A stretch of 47,880 nt of DNA, taken from assembly GCA_964007735.1 (NCBI GenBank), contig CAXGAI010000035.1:1-47880 (forward strand), given 5' to 3'. Under the pieces are notes generated by a model. That model was not told where the DNA came from. It saw nothing but the letters and a program-made list of their open reading frames with translations, and searched no databases. Source of the stretch: an uncultured Rhodopirellula sp. Lineage in GTDB: Bacteria > Planctomycetota > Planctomycetia > Pirellulales > Pirellulaceae. Each line of letters begins with the position of its first letter. The stretch's first letter is position 1. Positions 38,551 through 46,624 of this stretch are shown piece by piece. The position numbers were made by a program, and so were the translations under genes.

Positions 38551-39735
38551 ATGAAAATTCCATTCGCAAGGCCATCCTGGCAACTCGTATCAGCACTGTT
38601 TTCTCTTCTATTGATATGCCCGGCCTTGGCTCACGGTCAAATTCGATTCGCTACATTTAATGTGAGTATGAACCGAAATTCCGCCGGGGAATTGGGCGAT
38701 CAGCTCGCGGCCGGGAATAACGAGCAAATCGCAAACATTTCTTCCATCATTCGTACTGTTCGCCCGGATGTAATCTTACTCAATGAGTTTGATTTTGCCG
38801 GTAAGCAGGCGGGGACTGCTGTCGAGCACTTTCAGTCAAACTATTTGAGCAAACCCATCGATGGCCTCGAGCCAATCGAATTTGACTATGCCTATACCAA
38901 CGAAGTAAACACTGGAATTCCAAGTGGACTTGATCTGGATCAAAACGGCAAAACCACCGACCCAACAGACTGTTATGGATTCGGACGATACCCGGGACAG
39001 TACGGCATGGTCGTTCTCAGCCGCTTCCCTATAGGAACGGTTCGAACCTTTCAAAAATTCCTCTGGAAAGACATGCCCAATGCATTGCTTCCCAACCAAC
39101 CTGATTCTGGAAAACCATACTACTCCGATAAGATTCTCAACGTGTTTCGCTTGTCGTCTAAAAGTCACTGGGACCTTCCGATCAAAACGCCTCAGGGCGA
39201 AATCCACTTTCTAGTGTGTCACCCGACTCCTCCGGTCTTCGACGGACCGGAGGATAAGAACGGCACTCGCAATCACGATGAAATCCGTTTTTGGGCTGAC
39301 TATATAAGCCCCCATAGAAATAGCTATATCGTGGATGATGCCGGCCAAAAAGGGGGACTAAGTCATGACACGGCCTTCGTCATTGCCGGTGACTTAAATG
39401 CGGATCCCATCGATGGTGATTCAACCAATCGAGCCATCCATCAGCTGCTCGAGCATCCACTGATTCGCGATACCAAACCGCAAAGCAAAGGTGGAGTGGA
39501 AGCTGCTCAAGTCCAGGGCAAGGTGAATGCCACCCACAAAGGAAAACCGGCCTTTGATACCGGAGACTTCTCCGACCGGTCTCCGGGAAACTTACGCATC
39601 GATTATGTTTTACCAGCCAGGACTCTTAAAATCTCCCGTCATGGTATCTTTTGGCCTACCGCCAAAGAACCTTCAGCTAAATGGATCACCGGTTCAGACC
39701 ACCGCCTCGTCTGGTTGGATATTAAAGTGAAATAA
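38551..39735 (+). CDS. Secreted endonuclease/exonuclease/phosphatase family protein
   Basis: RFATFN, RPDVILLNEFD, RLSSKSHWD, HPTPPVFDG, GDLNAD, LRIDYVLP, SDHRLVW. Confidence 0.92.
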   Translation: MKIPFARPSWQLVSALFSLLLICPALAHGQIRFATFNVSMNRNSAGELGDQLAAGNNEQIANISSIIRTVRPDVILLNEFDFAGKQAGTAVEHFQSNYLSKPIDGLEPIEFDYAYTNEVNTGIPSGLDLDQNGKTTDPTDCYGFGRYPGQYGMVVLSRFPIGTVRTFQKFLWKDMPNALLPNQPDSGKPYYSDKILNVFRLSSKSHWDLPIKTPQGEIHFLVCHPTPPVFDGPEDKNGTRNHDEIRFWADYISPHRNSYIVDDAGQKGGLSHDTAFVIAGDLNADPIDGDSTNRAIHQLLEHPLIRDTKPQSKGGVEAAQVQGKVNATHKGKPAFDTGDFSDRSPGNLRIDYVLPARTLKISRHGIFWPTAKEPSAKWITGSDHRLVWLDIKVK

Positions 39736-39742
39736 TAGCCTT

Positions 39743-40684
39743 ATGTTTAGACACATCGTGACAAAAATCGCATTCTTTACTGGGCTACTGATTACCAGTC
39801 AACTAGTAGCAGCGAATTCCCACTACACAATCGTTCGTACACCTGACTATTTGATGGTAATGCAACAAGATACACCTGTCCTAGGTTATCGTATTCTGCC
39901 TCTCTCCAAAGACGGGCAATACACCCGTAATAATTACGTCAACCTCTATGACTTTCAGGGATATGAAATTACCGAAGACTTTCCAGCGGACCACCTTCAT
40001 CACCGCGGAGTCTTCTGGGCATGGCATCAAGTCATCGTAGGTGAAAAACATCTTGGGGATAGTTGGGAATGTCGCAACTTTACTTGGGACTCCAAAGAAG
40101 TCACTACCACGAAACAAAGAGATGGTGTACTCCTGAAAACAAGAACACACTGGAGTTCACCTGACTACGTTGATACTCAGGGAATTGAGATCCCGATTGT
40201 TATGGAAGAAACAAAAGTCCATCTACATAAGACCAAAAACGCCGCGCGCGTGATCGATTTTCACATCATTATCAACCCATTAGTCGACGACCTGAAACTG
40301 GGCGGGTCTGAAAACGATAAGGGATACGGAGGCTTCTCACCACGGATCGCATTACCAGCCGATATTAAATTCTGGTCAGAGCAAGGTGAAGTCACTCCAC
40401 AACGCACAGCCATTGAAGCCGGGCCATGGATAAATTTGGAAGGCACTTTCCATGAAAAGGACACGTCTCCCAGTGCGATCGCCATCATCTGTCACCCGGA
40501 CAATCCTGTGTATCCCGACAAGTGGATTCTTCGATCCAAAGGCAGTATGCAAAATGCTGCCTATCCGGGGCGACAGCCGGTCACGGTTCCTAAGTCGAAG
40601 CCACTCGAACTCCGATACCGTATTGTGCTCCAAAGAGGGAAGCACCATCCCGAACGTATCCACCGGTTAAGCAAACAGTTCTAA
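39743..40684 (+). CDS. DUF6807 / 'PmoA-family' secreted beta-sandwich protein of unknown function
   Basis: Signal peptide, ITEDFPADHLHHRGVFWAW, KGYGGF, HPDNP, LRYRIVL. Confidence 0.75.
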   Translation: MFRHIVTKIAFFTGLLITSQLVAANSHYTIVRTPDYLMVMQQDTPVLGYRILPLSKDGQYTRNNYVNLYDFQGYEITEDFPADHLHHRGVFWAWHQVIVGEKHLGDSWECRNFTWDSKEVTTTKQRDGVLLKTRTHWSSPDYVDTQGIEIPIVMEETKVHLHKTKNAARVIDFHIIINPLVDDLKLGGSENDKGYGGFSPRIALPADIKFWSEQGEVTPQRTAIEAGPWINLEGTFHEKDTSPSAIAIICHPDNPVYPDKWILRSKGSMQNAAYPGRQPVTVPKSKPLELRYRIVLQRGKHHPERIHRLSKQF

Positions 40685-41997
40685 ATGAACAACTCTTTAA
40701 TGGGAGTTCCCATGTCAGTCGTCGGTACGGGGCGATCACCGGCATAAAGAAGCTTGCGTGGATTAATTCCCAACGCATAGTACATACTCGCATGCAAGTC
40801 AGGTACCGAAATTGGACGATCAACCACTTTCATTCCCAACTCGTCAGTTACCCCAATCGTCTTTCCGTTCTGCAGGCCGCCGCCCGCCATAACCACACTA
40901 AAACCTTTGGAGTGATGACCGCGCCCACCACCACCATCAAATCCAGCTGGCCGACCAAATTCCGTGGAAACCACAATCAAGGTTTTGTCGAGCAGACTCT
41001 TTTCTTCCAAATCAAGGACCAAGGAAGACAAAGCACCGTCAAGCTCCTTGATCAATAGATGCTGATTAAGCTGACCATCGTTGTGAGTATCCCACCCTGC
41101 ACCATTAATGAAATTTAGATTGTGCGAGACTTCGACAAACCGAGTACCCCGCTCGACTAATCTCCTGGCCAAAAGACATCGCTGACCAAACTCGCCGCCA
41201 TACGCATTACGCAGTTCAGCCGATTCCTTCTTTAACTGAAACGCACTCATAAACTCCGGACCGGCTAATCTCAAAGCCTGTTCAATCGCTTGATCATATT
41301 GATCAATCATTGAAGATTGCTCCCGGCCACTGAACTCCTGACGTACCTTTGCCAGTAGCTGCTGGCGACGTTGTTGTCGGCGATCCGAAACATCACGAGC
41401 CCTACTAAATCCGCCGGGGCCTTCACTTGTCTCGGTTAAATAGACAAATCCGGCATCGGTTCCTAAAAATCCGGGGCCACGTGTTACATTCGGGTACCCA
41501 ATCAATACGTAGGGAGGAGCATTTTCTGATACGGCACCACGGTGATGAGCAACCGCCGAGCCAATGGAAGGATACGTAATCGTGCCGGTAGTCACACGAC
41601 CGGTGTGCATCATATTCGTGGCGGCTGCATGTTCATCAATCACACCATGTTGCACTGTACGGAGAATATTGAATCGATCCAATACACCGGCACACTTTGG
41701 TAAATGTTCACAGACCTGAGTGTCCGGAAGTACGGTATCAATGGCTGGATAGTATGAACCTGGTTTACGAGCTTTGGCATCACCTAGTTCTTTAGGATCC
41801 CATGTATCAATTTGACAAGCACCACCGCCCAACCAGATCATGATAATATGCTCAGCTTTACCTGCTGAAAACGACCACGGCATATGTTCCAAATCTTCTT
41901 CCGCAGAAACTAGTGGAGCCATGCCTGAAACAGCAACAGCGGTTGCTGACGTAGTAATAAAATGACGGCGATTTAGATCGAACATAGGATTAGTCAC
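40681..41997 (-). CDS. DUF1501 domain protein with Tat-like signal
   Basis: NRRHFI, IWLGGGACQIDTWDPK, LLARRLVERGTRFVEV, GWDTH, TEFGRP, GRGHH. Start is GTG 41997 or ATG 41985. Confidence 0.93.
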   Translation of the reverse strand: MTNPMFDLNRRHFITTSATAVAVSGMAPLVSAEEDLEHMPWSFSAGKAEHIIMIWLGGGACQIDTWDPKELGDAKARKPGSYYPAIDTVLPDTQVCEHLPKCAGVLDRFNILRTVQHGVIDEHAAATNMMHTGRVTTGTITYPSIGSAVAHHRGAVSENAPPYVLIGYPNVTRGPGFLGTDAGFVYLTETSEGPGGFSRARDVSDRRQQRRQQLLAKVRQEFSGREQSSMIDQYDQAIEQALRLAGPEFMSAFQLKKESAELRNAYGGEFGQRCLLARRLVERGTRFVEVSHNLNFINGAGWDTHNDGQLNQHLLIKELDGALSSLVLDLEEKSLLDKTLIVVSTEFGRPAGFDGGGGRGHHSKGFSVVMAGGGLQNGKTIGVTDELGMKVVDRPISVPDLHASMYYALGINPRKLLYAGDRPVPTTDMGTPIKELFI

Positions 41998-42000
41998 ATA

Positions 42001-45000
42001 CTATCGGATATAGAGGAACTCGGGTGAATTAAACAACACCCACACAAAGTCTTCCATTCGTTCACGCCACTGACTTTCCAGATGAGGGGAGAGAATCGCC
42101 CCCTGCTGAACAGCTTGACGTAATTCAATTTTGATTTCAGTTGCTCGGGCAGCCAGATGGTTCGACCAGGAAACCATATTACGAGGTAATCGACGGGACC
42201 AGCGAATTTGTTCAGCCTCTTCCGGGGAAAGCGATACTAAACGATCGGCAAAGCCTTCGTCTAACAACTCCCGAAACAACCGACGTTCTGATTCTGTTGG
42301 TTGGCGGCTAAGAATGCGTTGATAGGTTATTGCGATCAAATTCTCAACCGTTTCGGCTTGCCGAGCCAGCATCGTAAAATCGCTCACCATGTCAAGTCTG
42401 GAATTGTCTCGTACGACAATTCCATTATTCATCATGGCTGGTTGCATCACATTAGGAGATGACCGACGGTGATTAATTGGATTTTGCCGTGAGCCTGTCC
42501 AACCAAAAGCCTGCATCGTTGATGTAAATGGCTGAGCAAATGGCAATGAAAGACTGGGACGGTCTCTCTCATTCGATAACGAAGCAAATTGCCAGGCTCG
42601 TTTGGGAGTACCCAGATTGAGCGAATTACTGTAGTTACGAGCACCGTCGATATCGACGTTCATTGGACCGGCGTCAAATGGCCTTCCTGAAGCCACAAAT
42701 AGCGAGTCAATAAGTTGTTCCGCTGACATCTGCCTGCGAACTGGACCGGCAAAACCCTGTATTCCACTTTCGGTAATATCGATACTTTGACGCTGATAGG
42801 TATGGGATTGAAAAATCAAACGAGCCACATGTTTCATATCGTAACCGTTCATCGCTAATTCATGTCCAAGATAATCGAGTAGATCGGGGTTGATATTCGA
42901 TCCGTGTTCCCAATCCTCCACCGGTTCGACAATGCCAAATCCAATCGTACGTTTCCAAAGGCGGTTCACCAACACCTGCGGGAATCTCAAATTACCAGGG
43001 TCTGTGATTCGATGAGCCAACTTGGCACGCGGGTCTTCACTTCCACGAATCAGTTCGCTGGGAAGCCTTAAGCTTCCTAATTCAGGAAACGGCCATTCTG
43101 GCTGAACGACCGCTCCGGGCTTCAAGGTAATGGGAACATTCGGTACAGGACCTTCCGAACTGACGGTTACTGTACTCGTCTTTGGCACACTTTCACCATT
43201 CCGCTTCAACATGGCAGCTATCGAAAAGAGATCTTTTTGTTTGACCTCATGAAAAGGTGCGTCGTGACAACGCGCACATTGCATTTGTATTCCCAAAAAC
43301 GCCTGACCGAGAATATGGGCTTTGGCAGCCAGGGGCACATCATTCTGGGAAGCCACCGAGAAACCTGCAGGCCCGCCATAAAACTTACTACCCTCCATCA
43401 TGATCAATTCAGTAACAAATCGATCCATTGGCTTATTATCAATGAGTGACTCATAAATCCACCAACGAAAGGGCCCGGTATTATTGAGCGTTGGGTTGAT
43501 AATATTTGGATTTTCGGCAAGCACGTCCTGCCAATACGATGTCCAGTGATCAGCCCACCCATCTTGTGCCAGTAAAAAGTCGATCGCCCAAATTCTCGCC
43601 TCTTCACCCGAGCTTTGCCTCTGTTGGAACTCCTGTATCAACTCCAACGAAGGAATCGTTCCCACCGTATCTAAACTCAACCTTCGAAGGAAAGTACTGT
43701 CATCCACCAAAGAGCGCGGTTCATCACCCGCTTCGTGTAACTGCTTGTTAACGTATTGATCAATGGGATTAAATGATGCTTCCGGAAATTGATTGCCAGG
43801 ATCTGCTACCAGTTTGTCTGTACCAAGAAGCCGGCTTACCGAGGCATGTCGTTGCTTCCAATACGCCTGCTCCAACTCGGAAATCTGAGCACGCCGGACT
43901 CGATCAAACGCAGCGATCTTTGAAGTCTGTTGTTGCTTAAAGGAGGGCCATTCACGATCCGTAAGTTGAGCATGATGCAACTCACTCAGCACTCGGAAAT
44001 CCTGACCCGGTTCCGCAATGCAAACCGCCGTCTCACCTGTTTCCGGACGCCGTTTTGAACTGCCCACAATCATCTCAAATTGCAACAGATGTTTCTTACC
44101 GTCACCTTCGATGGAAAGAATTACTTCCTTATCACCGCGCTGCAGAGGACGAATATCAGGAGCCTGATCCCTCCGAACGTCAAAAACCTTACCATGAGCG
44201 GAGCTTGAAATATTGAAAAATGGTATTTCAGCTTGCATCTCGTTATCGATAAACAGTCTGGCGCCATTACGGGCCCGCACCAGAATCCGCTGAGGACCTT
44301 CCGGAATAGTTACATAGCCATAAGCCCGAATCATAAACGGAGCCGAACGATCAATTTTGATCCCCTGCTCATTATATTTATTAGGAATCTGAAAGAACTC
44401 AAAAGCATCCACGTGATAGGTATCCGTGATGCGTGCACTACGATACTGAAACGTCTTTTCAGACACTCCTTCCCAAATCTGGACAAGTACCTGATTGTCT
44501 TGAATGATTGCAGGATCAAAGCTCGGCTCATTTCTAATAAACGAGTACCGTGCAGCAAATGCTTCCGCGGGAAGAATTTTGCGATAAACCACAACCTCGT
44601 CAACCGCTCCCCTCAAAGTACTGTTGGGTCCCGCAGACAAGGCCGAACCAATCCACAGTTGATCGTTGTCCACTACAGGCCGGCCGCCGGTATCACCTGC
44701 CTCGTCCCACTTGCCTGAAACCGACTTACCATCGATATACCCTTTTAGGCTTCCAACTTGCCCAAACGTATAGCTGAGACCAATATGATGCCAACCATCA
44801 CTCACTCCAATACCTTCATTTGAAGTCCAGCGATGGTACTGCTGCTTGCCTTCATCATTGATACTTCGAAAAAGAAATGTGATCGCTCCGTTGCCGGCCA
44901 ACCTGAGTGCATAGTTTTGATTCTCTGCCGGAAAACCCTTGTTCCCTGTCCGGCCTTTGCCAAGAACATAACGGTACCCGCTAACACTCGATACCTGAAC

Positions 45001-45402
45001 CCAGGCTTCCATGGTAATGGAATCACCCAACTTAAAGTCCAATACACTATCATCACCAGGATCATCAACTTTTATCACACCAGCTGCATTTGGTATTTCC
45101 AAAGCAACATTTTTAGCATCTCCGAATTTCGGATGCGTCGGCGCCTGTGGACCGTCTGTTGGTTTCACTTCGCCAACAAGCAAGCCACTTAATTCGGCAT
45201 GCTCTTTAATGGCATTACGCATCATTCCCCGCTCATCCAAATCCATTCGCCAATAAGCTACCGGCCCATCAGACTGGATAAGTTGGGAGTAAAAATCCGG
45301 ACTAAATTGGTTTGTCTCAACGGTATCCTGAGCAACGACAAGGTTGGCCAGCAGAACAATGCAAACGCTATAAATACAGGTTGTTTTCTGATAGTTTTCC
45401 AT
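42001..45402 (-). CDS. LamG-like + beta-domain + DUF1549/DUF1553 protein
   Basis: PVAYWRMD, GWHHIGLSY, GAVDEVVVY, FLRRLSLDTVG, CARCHDAP, VNRLWKR, MSAEQLIDS, LFNSPEF. Confidence 0.92.
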   Translation of the reverse strand: MENYQKTTCIYSVCIVLLANLVVAQDTVETNQFSPDFYSQLIQSDGPVAYWRMDLDERGMMRNAIKEHAELSGLLVGEVKPTDGPQAPTHPKFGDAKNVALEIPNAAGVIKVDDPGDDSVLDFKLGDSITMEAWVQVSSVSGYRYVLGKGRTGNKGFPAENQNYALRLAGNGAITFLFRSINDEGKQQYHRWTSNEGIGVSDGWHHIGLSYTFGQVGSLKGYIDGKSVSGKWDEAGDTGGRPVVDNDQLWIGSALSAGPNSTLRGAVDEVVVYRKILPAEAFAARYSFIRNEPSFDPAIIQDNQVLVQIWEGVSEKTFQYRSARITDTYHVDAFEFFQIPNKYNEQGIKIDRSAPFMIRAYGYVTIPEGPQRILVRARNGARLFIDNEMQAEIPFFNISSSAHGKVFDVRRDQAPDIRPLQRGDKEVILSIEGDGKKHLLQFEMIVGSSKRRPETGETAVCIAEPGQDFRVLSELHHAQLTDREWPSFKQQQTSKIAAFDRVRRAQISELEQAYWKQRHASVSRLLGTDKLVADPGNQFPEASFNPIDQYVNKQLHEAGDEPRSLVDDSTFLRRLSLDTVGTIPSLELIQEFQQRQSSGEEARIWAIDFLLAQDGWADHWTSYWQDVLAENPNIINPTLNNTGPFRWWIYESLIDNKPMDRFVTELIMMEGSKFYGGPAGFSVASQNDVPLAAKAHILGQAFLGIQMQCARCHDAPFHEVKQKDLFSIAAMLKRNGESVPKTSTVTVSSEGPVPNVPITLKPGAVVQPEWPFPELGSLRLPSELIRGSEDPRAKLAHRITDPGNLRFPQVLVNRLWKRTIGFGIVEPVEDWEHGSNINPDLLDYLGHELAMNGYDMKHVARLIFQSHTYQRQSIDITESGIQGFAGPVRRQMSAEQLIDSLFVASGRPFDAGPMNVDIDGARNYSNSLNLGTPKRAWQFASLSNERDRPSLSLPFAQPFTSTMQAFGWTGSRQNPINHRRSSPNVMQPAMMNNGIVVRDNSRLDMVSDFTMLARQAETVENLIAITYQRILSRQPTESERRLFRELLDEGFADRLVSLSPEEAEQIRWSRRLPRNMVSWSNHLAARATEIKIELRQAVQQGAILSPHLESQWRERMEDFVWVLFNSPEFLYIR

Positions 45403-45541
45403 GGCTCTAATTATAAAGGCACCAAGAAACAGGTTGCAGGAGAAATCCCTTTTTTCAGAAAAACCGGAGTAATCCTCAACTACAGCCCAGTTTACAACCG
45501 ATGAGAGGCAATGTAATTATCCGCTGCATGCGGTTGTTAAA

Positions 45542-45729
45542 CTGCGAAAGATAGACGAACTCTTCCGGCAACGGAAGGACACACAACGGGCAATCATCTC
45601 GTCTTTCTTTCGTTAGACTTTTACCCCCCCCGAGATCTTACAGAGGACGGAGTCTCTGTATGCACCGTTCTCGTGTGAACATATTTGCGCACATGCAAAC
45701 TGTGAACGCCGTAATGATGCGATGATCTC
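45542..45729 (+). ncRNA. Putative structured 5' leader RNA of the fliA-like gene
   Basis: Long stem 45542-45558/45599-45616 enclosing the GCAA-tetraloop hairpin 45561-45578. Further hairpins at 45639-45660 and 45684-45699, with a closing GAGATC/GATCTC pairing. Confidence 0.4.
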
Positions 45730-45732
45730 TAC

Positions 45733-45750
45733 ACAATCATGGAGGATTGT
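45733..45750 (+). promoter_or_regulatory. Putative CsrA/RsmA binding hairpin overlapping the Shine-Dalgarno
   Basis: ACAATC-ATGGAG-GATTGT directly before ATG 45751, matching (A/U)CANGGANG(U/A). Confidence 0.6.
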
Positions 45751-46533
45751 ATGGAAAAATTAAAAGTCTCCGAAGATGTTGTCCAACTCTGGCTGGATTT
45801 CAAAGAAGATACTTCCCAGGAAGAACTCAGAAATCGGCTAATGCAAAGGTACTTCTCACTCGTGAGATACCATGCTGAACGAGTATGGTCTCGTCTTCCC
45901 GAAGGAGTAGAACTCGATGACCTGATCAGTGCAGGAACTTTCGGTCTGATGGATGCAATTGAAGCATATGACCTTTATCGTGGCGTGAAGTTTGAAACTT
46001 ATTGCGTCCCACGTATACGCGGTGCAATGCTTGACGAACTACGCAGTATGGACTGGGTACCGAGACTGGTACGATCAAAGGCGACAAAACTTACAGCTGC
46101 CACAAAGCGAATGGAAGACAGACTTGGTCGCTCTCCAACGGAAATTGAACTGGCAGAGCACATGGAACTTACTGTTCCTGAACTCGAAAAAATGATGCGT
46201 GATGCCAATGCAGTTTCGTTGATCAGTTTGAACAAGAAATGGTATCAGACTGACAGTGAAAAAGATGTCAGTGAAATCGACATTCTGGATGATAAGAAAG
46301 GTGAAGACCCAACTAATCGCGGTCAAAAATATGACCTGTTACGTTTGGTCACTAAAGGACTCAGTCGTAATGAACGCCTGATCATCATCCTTTACTATTA
46401 TGAAGAAATGACGATGAAAGAGATCGGCGCAACGCTTGATCTCAGCGAAAGCCGAGTGAGTCAGATGCATAGCAGTCTGGTTCAACGATTACAAAAGCAA
46501 TTGCGTAATCGGCGAACGGAATTTGCAGCCTAG
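45751..46533 (+). CDS. fliA: FliA/WhiG-family RNA polymerase sigma-28 factor
   Basis: DDLISAGTFGLMDAI, KFETYCVPRIRGAMLDELRSMDWVPR, LYYYEEMTMKEIG..LSESRVSQMH. SD GGAGG favours ATG 45751 over 45739. Confidence 0.93.
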   Translation: MEKLKVSEDVVQLWLDFKEDTSQEELRNRLMQRYFSLVRYHAERVWSRLPEGVELDDLISAGTFGLMDAIEAYDLYRGVKFETYCVPRIRGAMLDELRSMDWVPRLVRSKATKLTAATKRMEDRLGRSPTEIELAEHMELTVPELEKMMRDANAVSLISLNKKWYQTDSEKDVSEIDILDDKKGEDPTNRGQKYDLLRLVTKGLSRNERLIIILYYYEEMTMKEIGATLDLSESRVSQMHSSLVQRLQKQLRNRRTEFAA

Positions 46534-46548
46534 TCAGTTCTATTGAAC

Positions 46549-46589
46549 AAAAAAAAGAGCGGGATGATTTTTCATCTCGCTCTTTTTTT
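46549..46589. terminator. Bidirectional Rho-independent terminator
   Basis: A8-GAGCGGGATGA-tttt-TCATCTCGCTC-T7 between convergent genes. Confidence 0.93.
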
Positions 46590-46624
46590 GTGGACCCACT
46601 TCAAGTAGCCGCTAGAAGACAGTA

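Noticed and set aside
39743..40684. Particulate methane monooxygenase subunit
   Set aside because: Soluble secreted beta-protein of the misleadingly named 'PmoA' family. It has no multi-TM topology and there is no pmoB/pmoC.
45476..45504. Sigma-28 autoregulatory promoter TCAA-N17-ACCGATGA
   Set aside because: Spacer longer than the usual 15-16 nt, with mismatches in both boxes.
45553..45590. Canonical c-di-GMP-I (GEMM) riboswitch
   Set aside because: The GNRA hairpin followed by GGAC is reminiscent, but the GGCAAA..GACGCAAA core and the second receptor stem do not match. Kept only as an unclassified structure.
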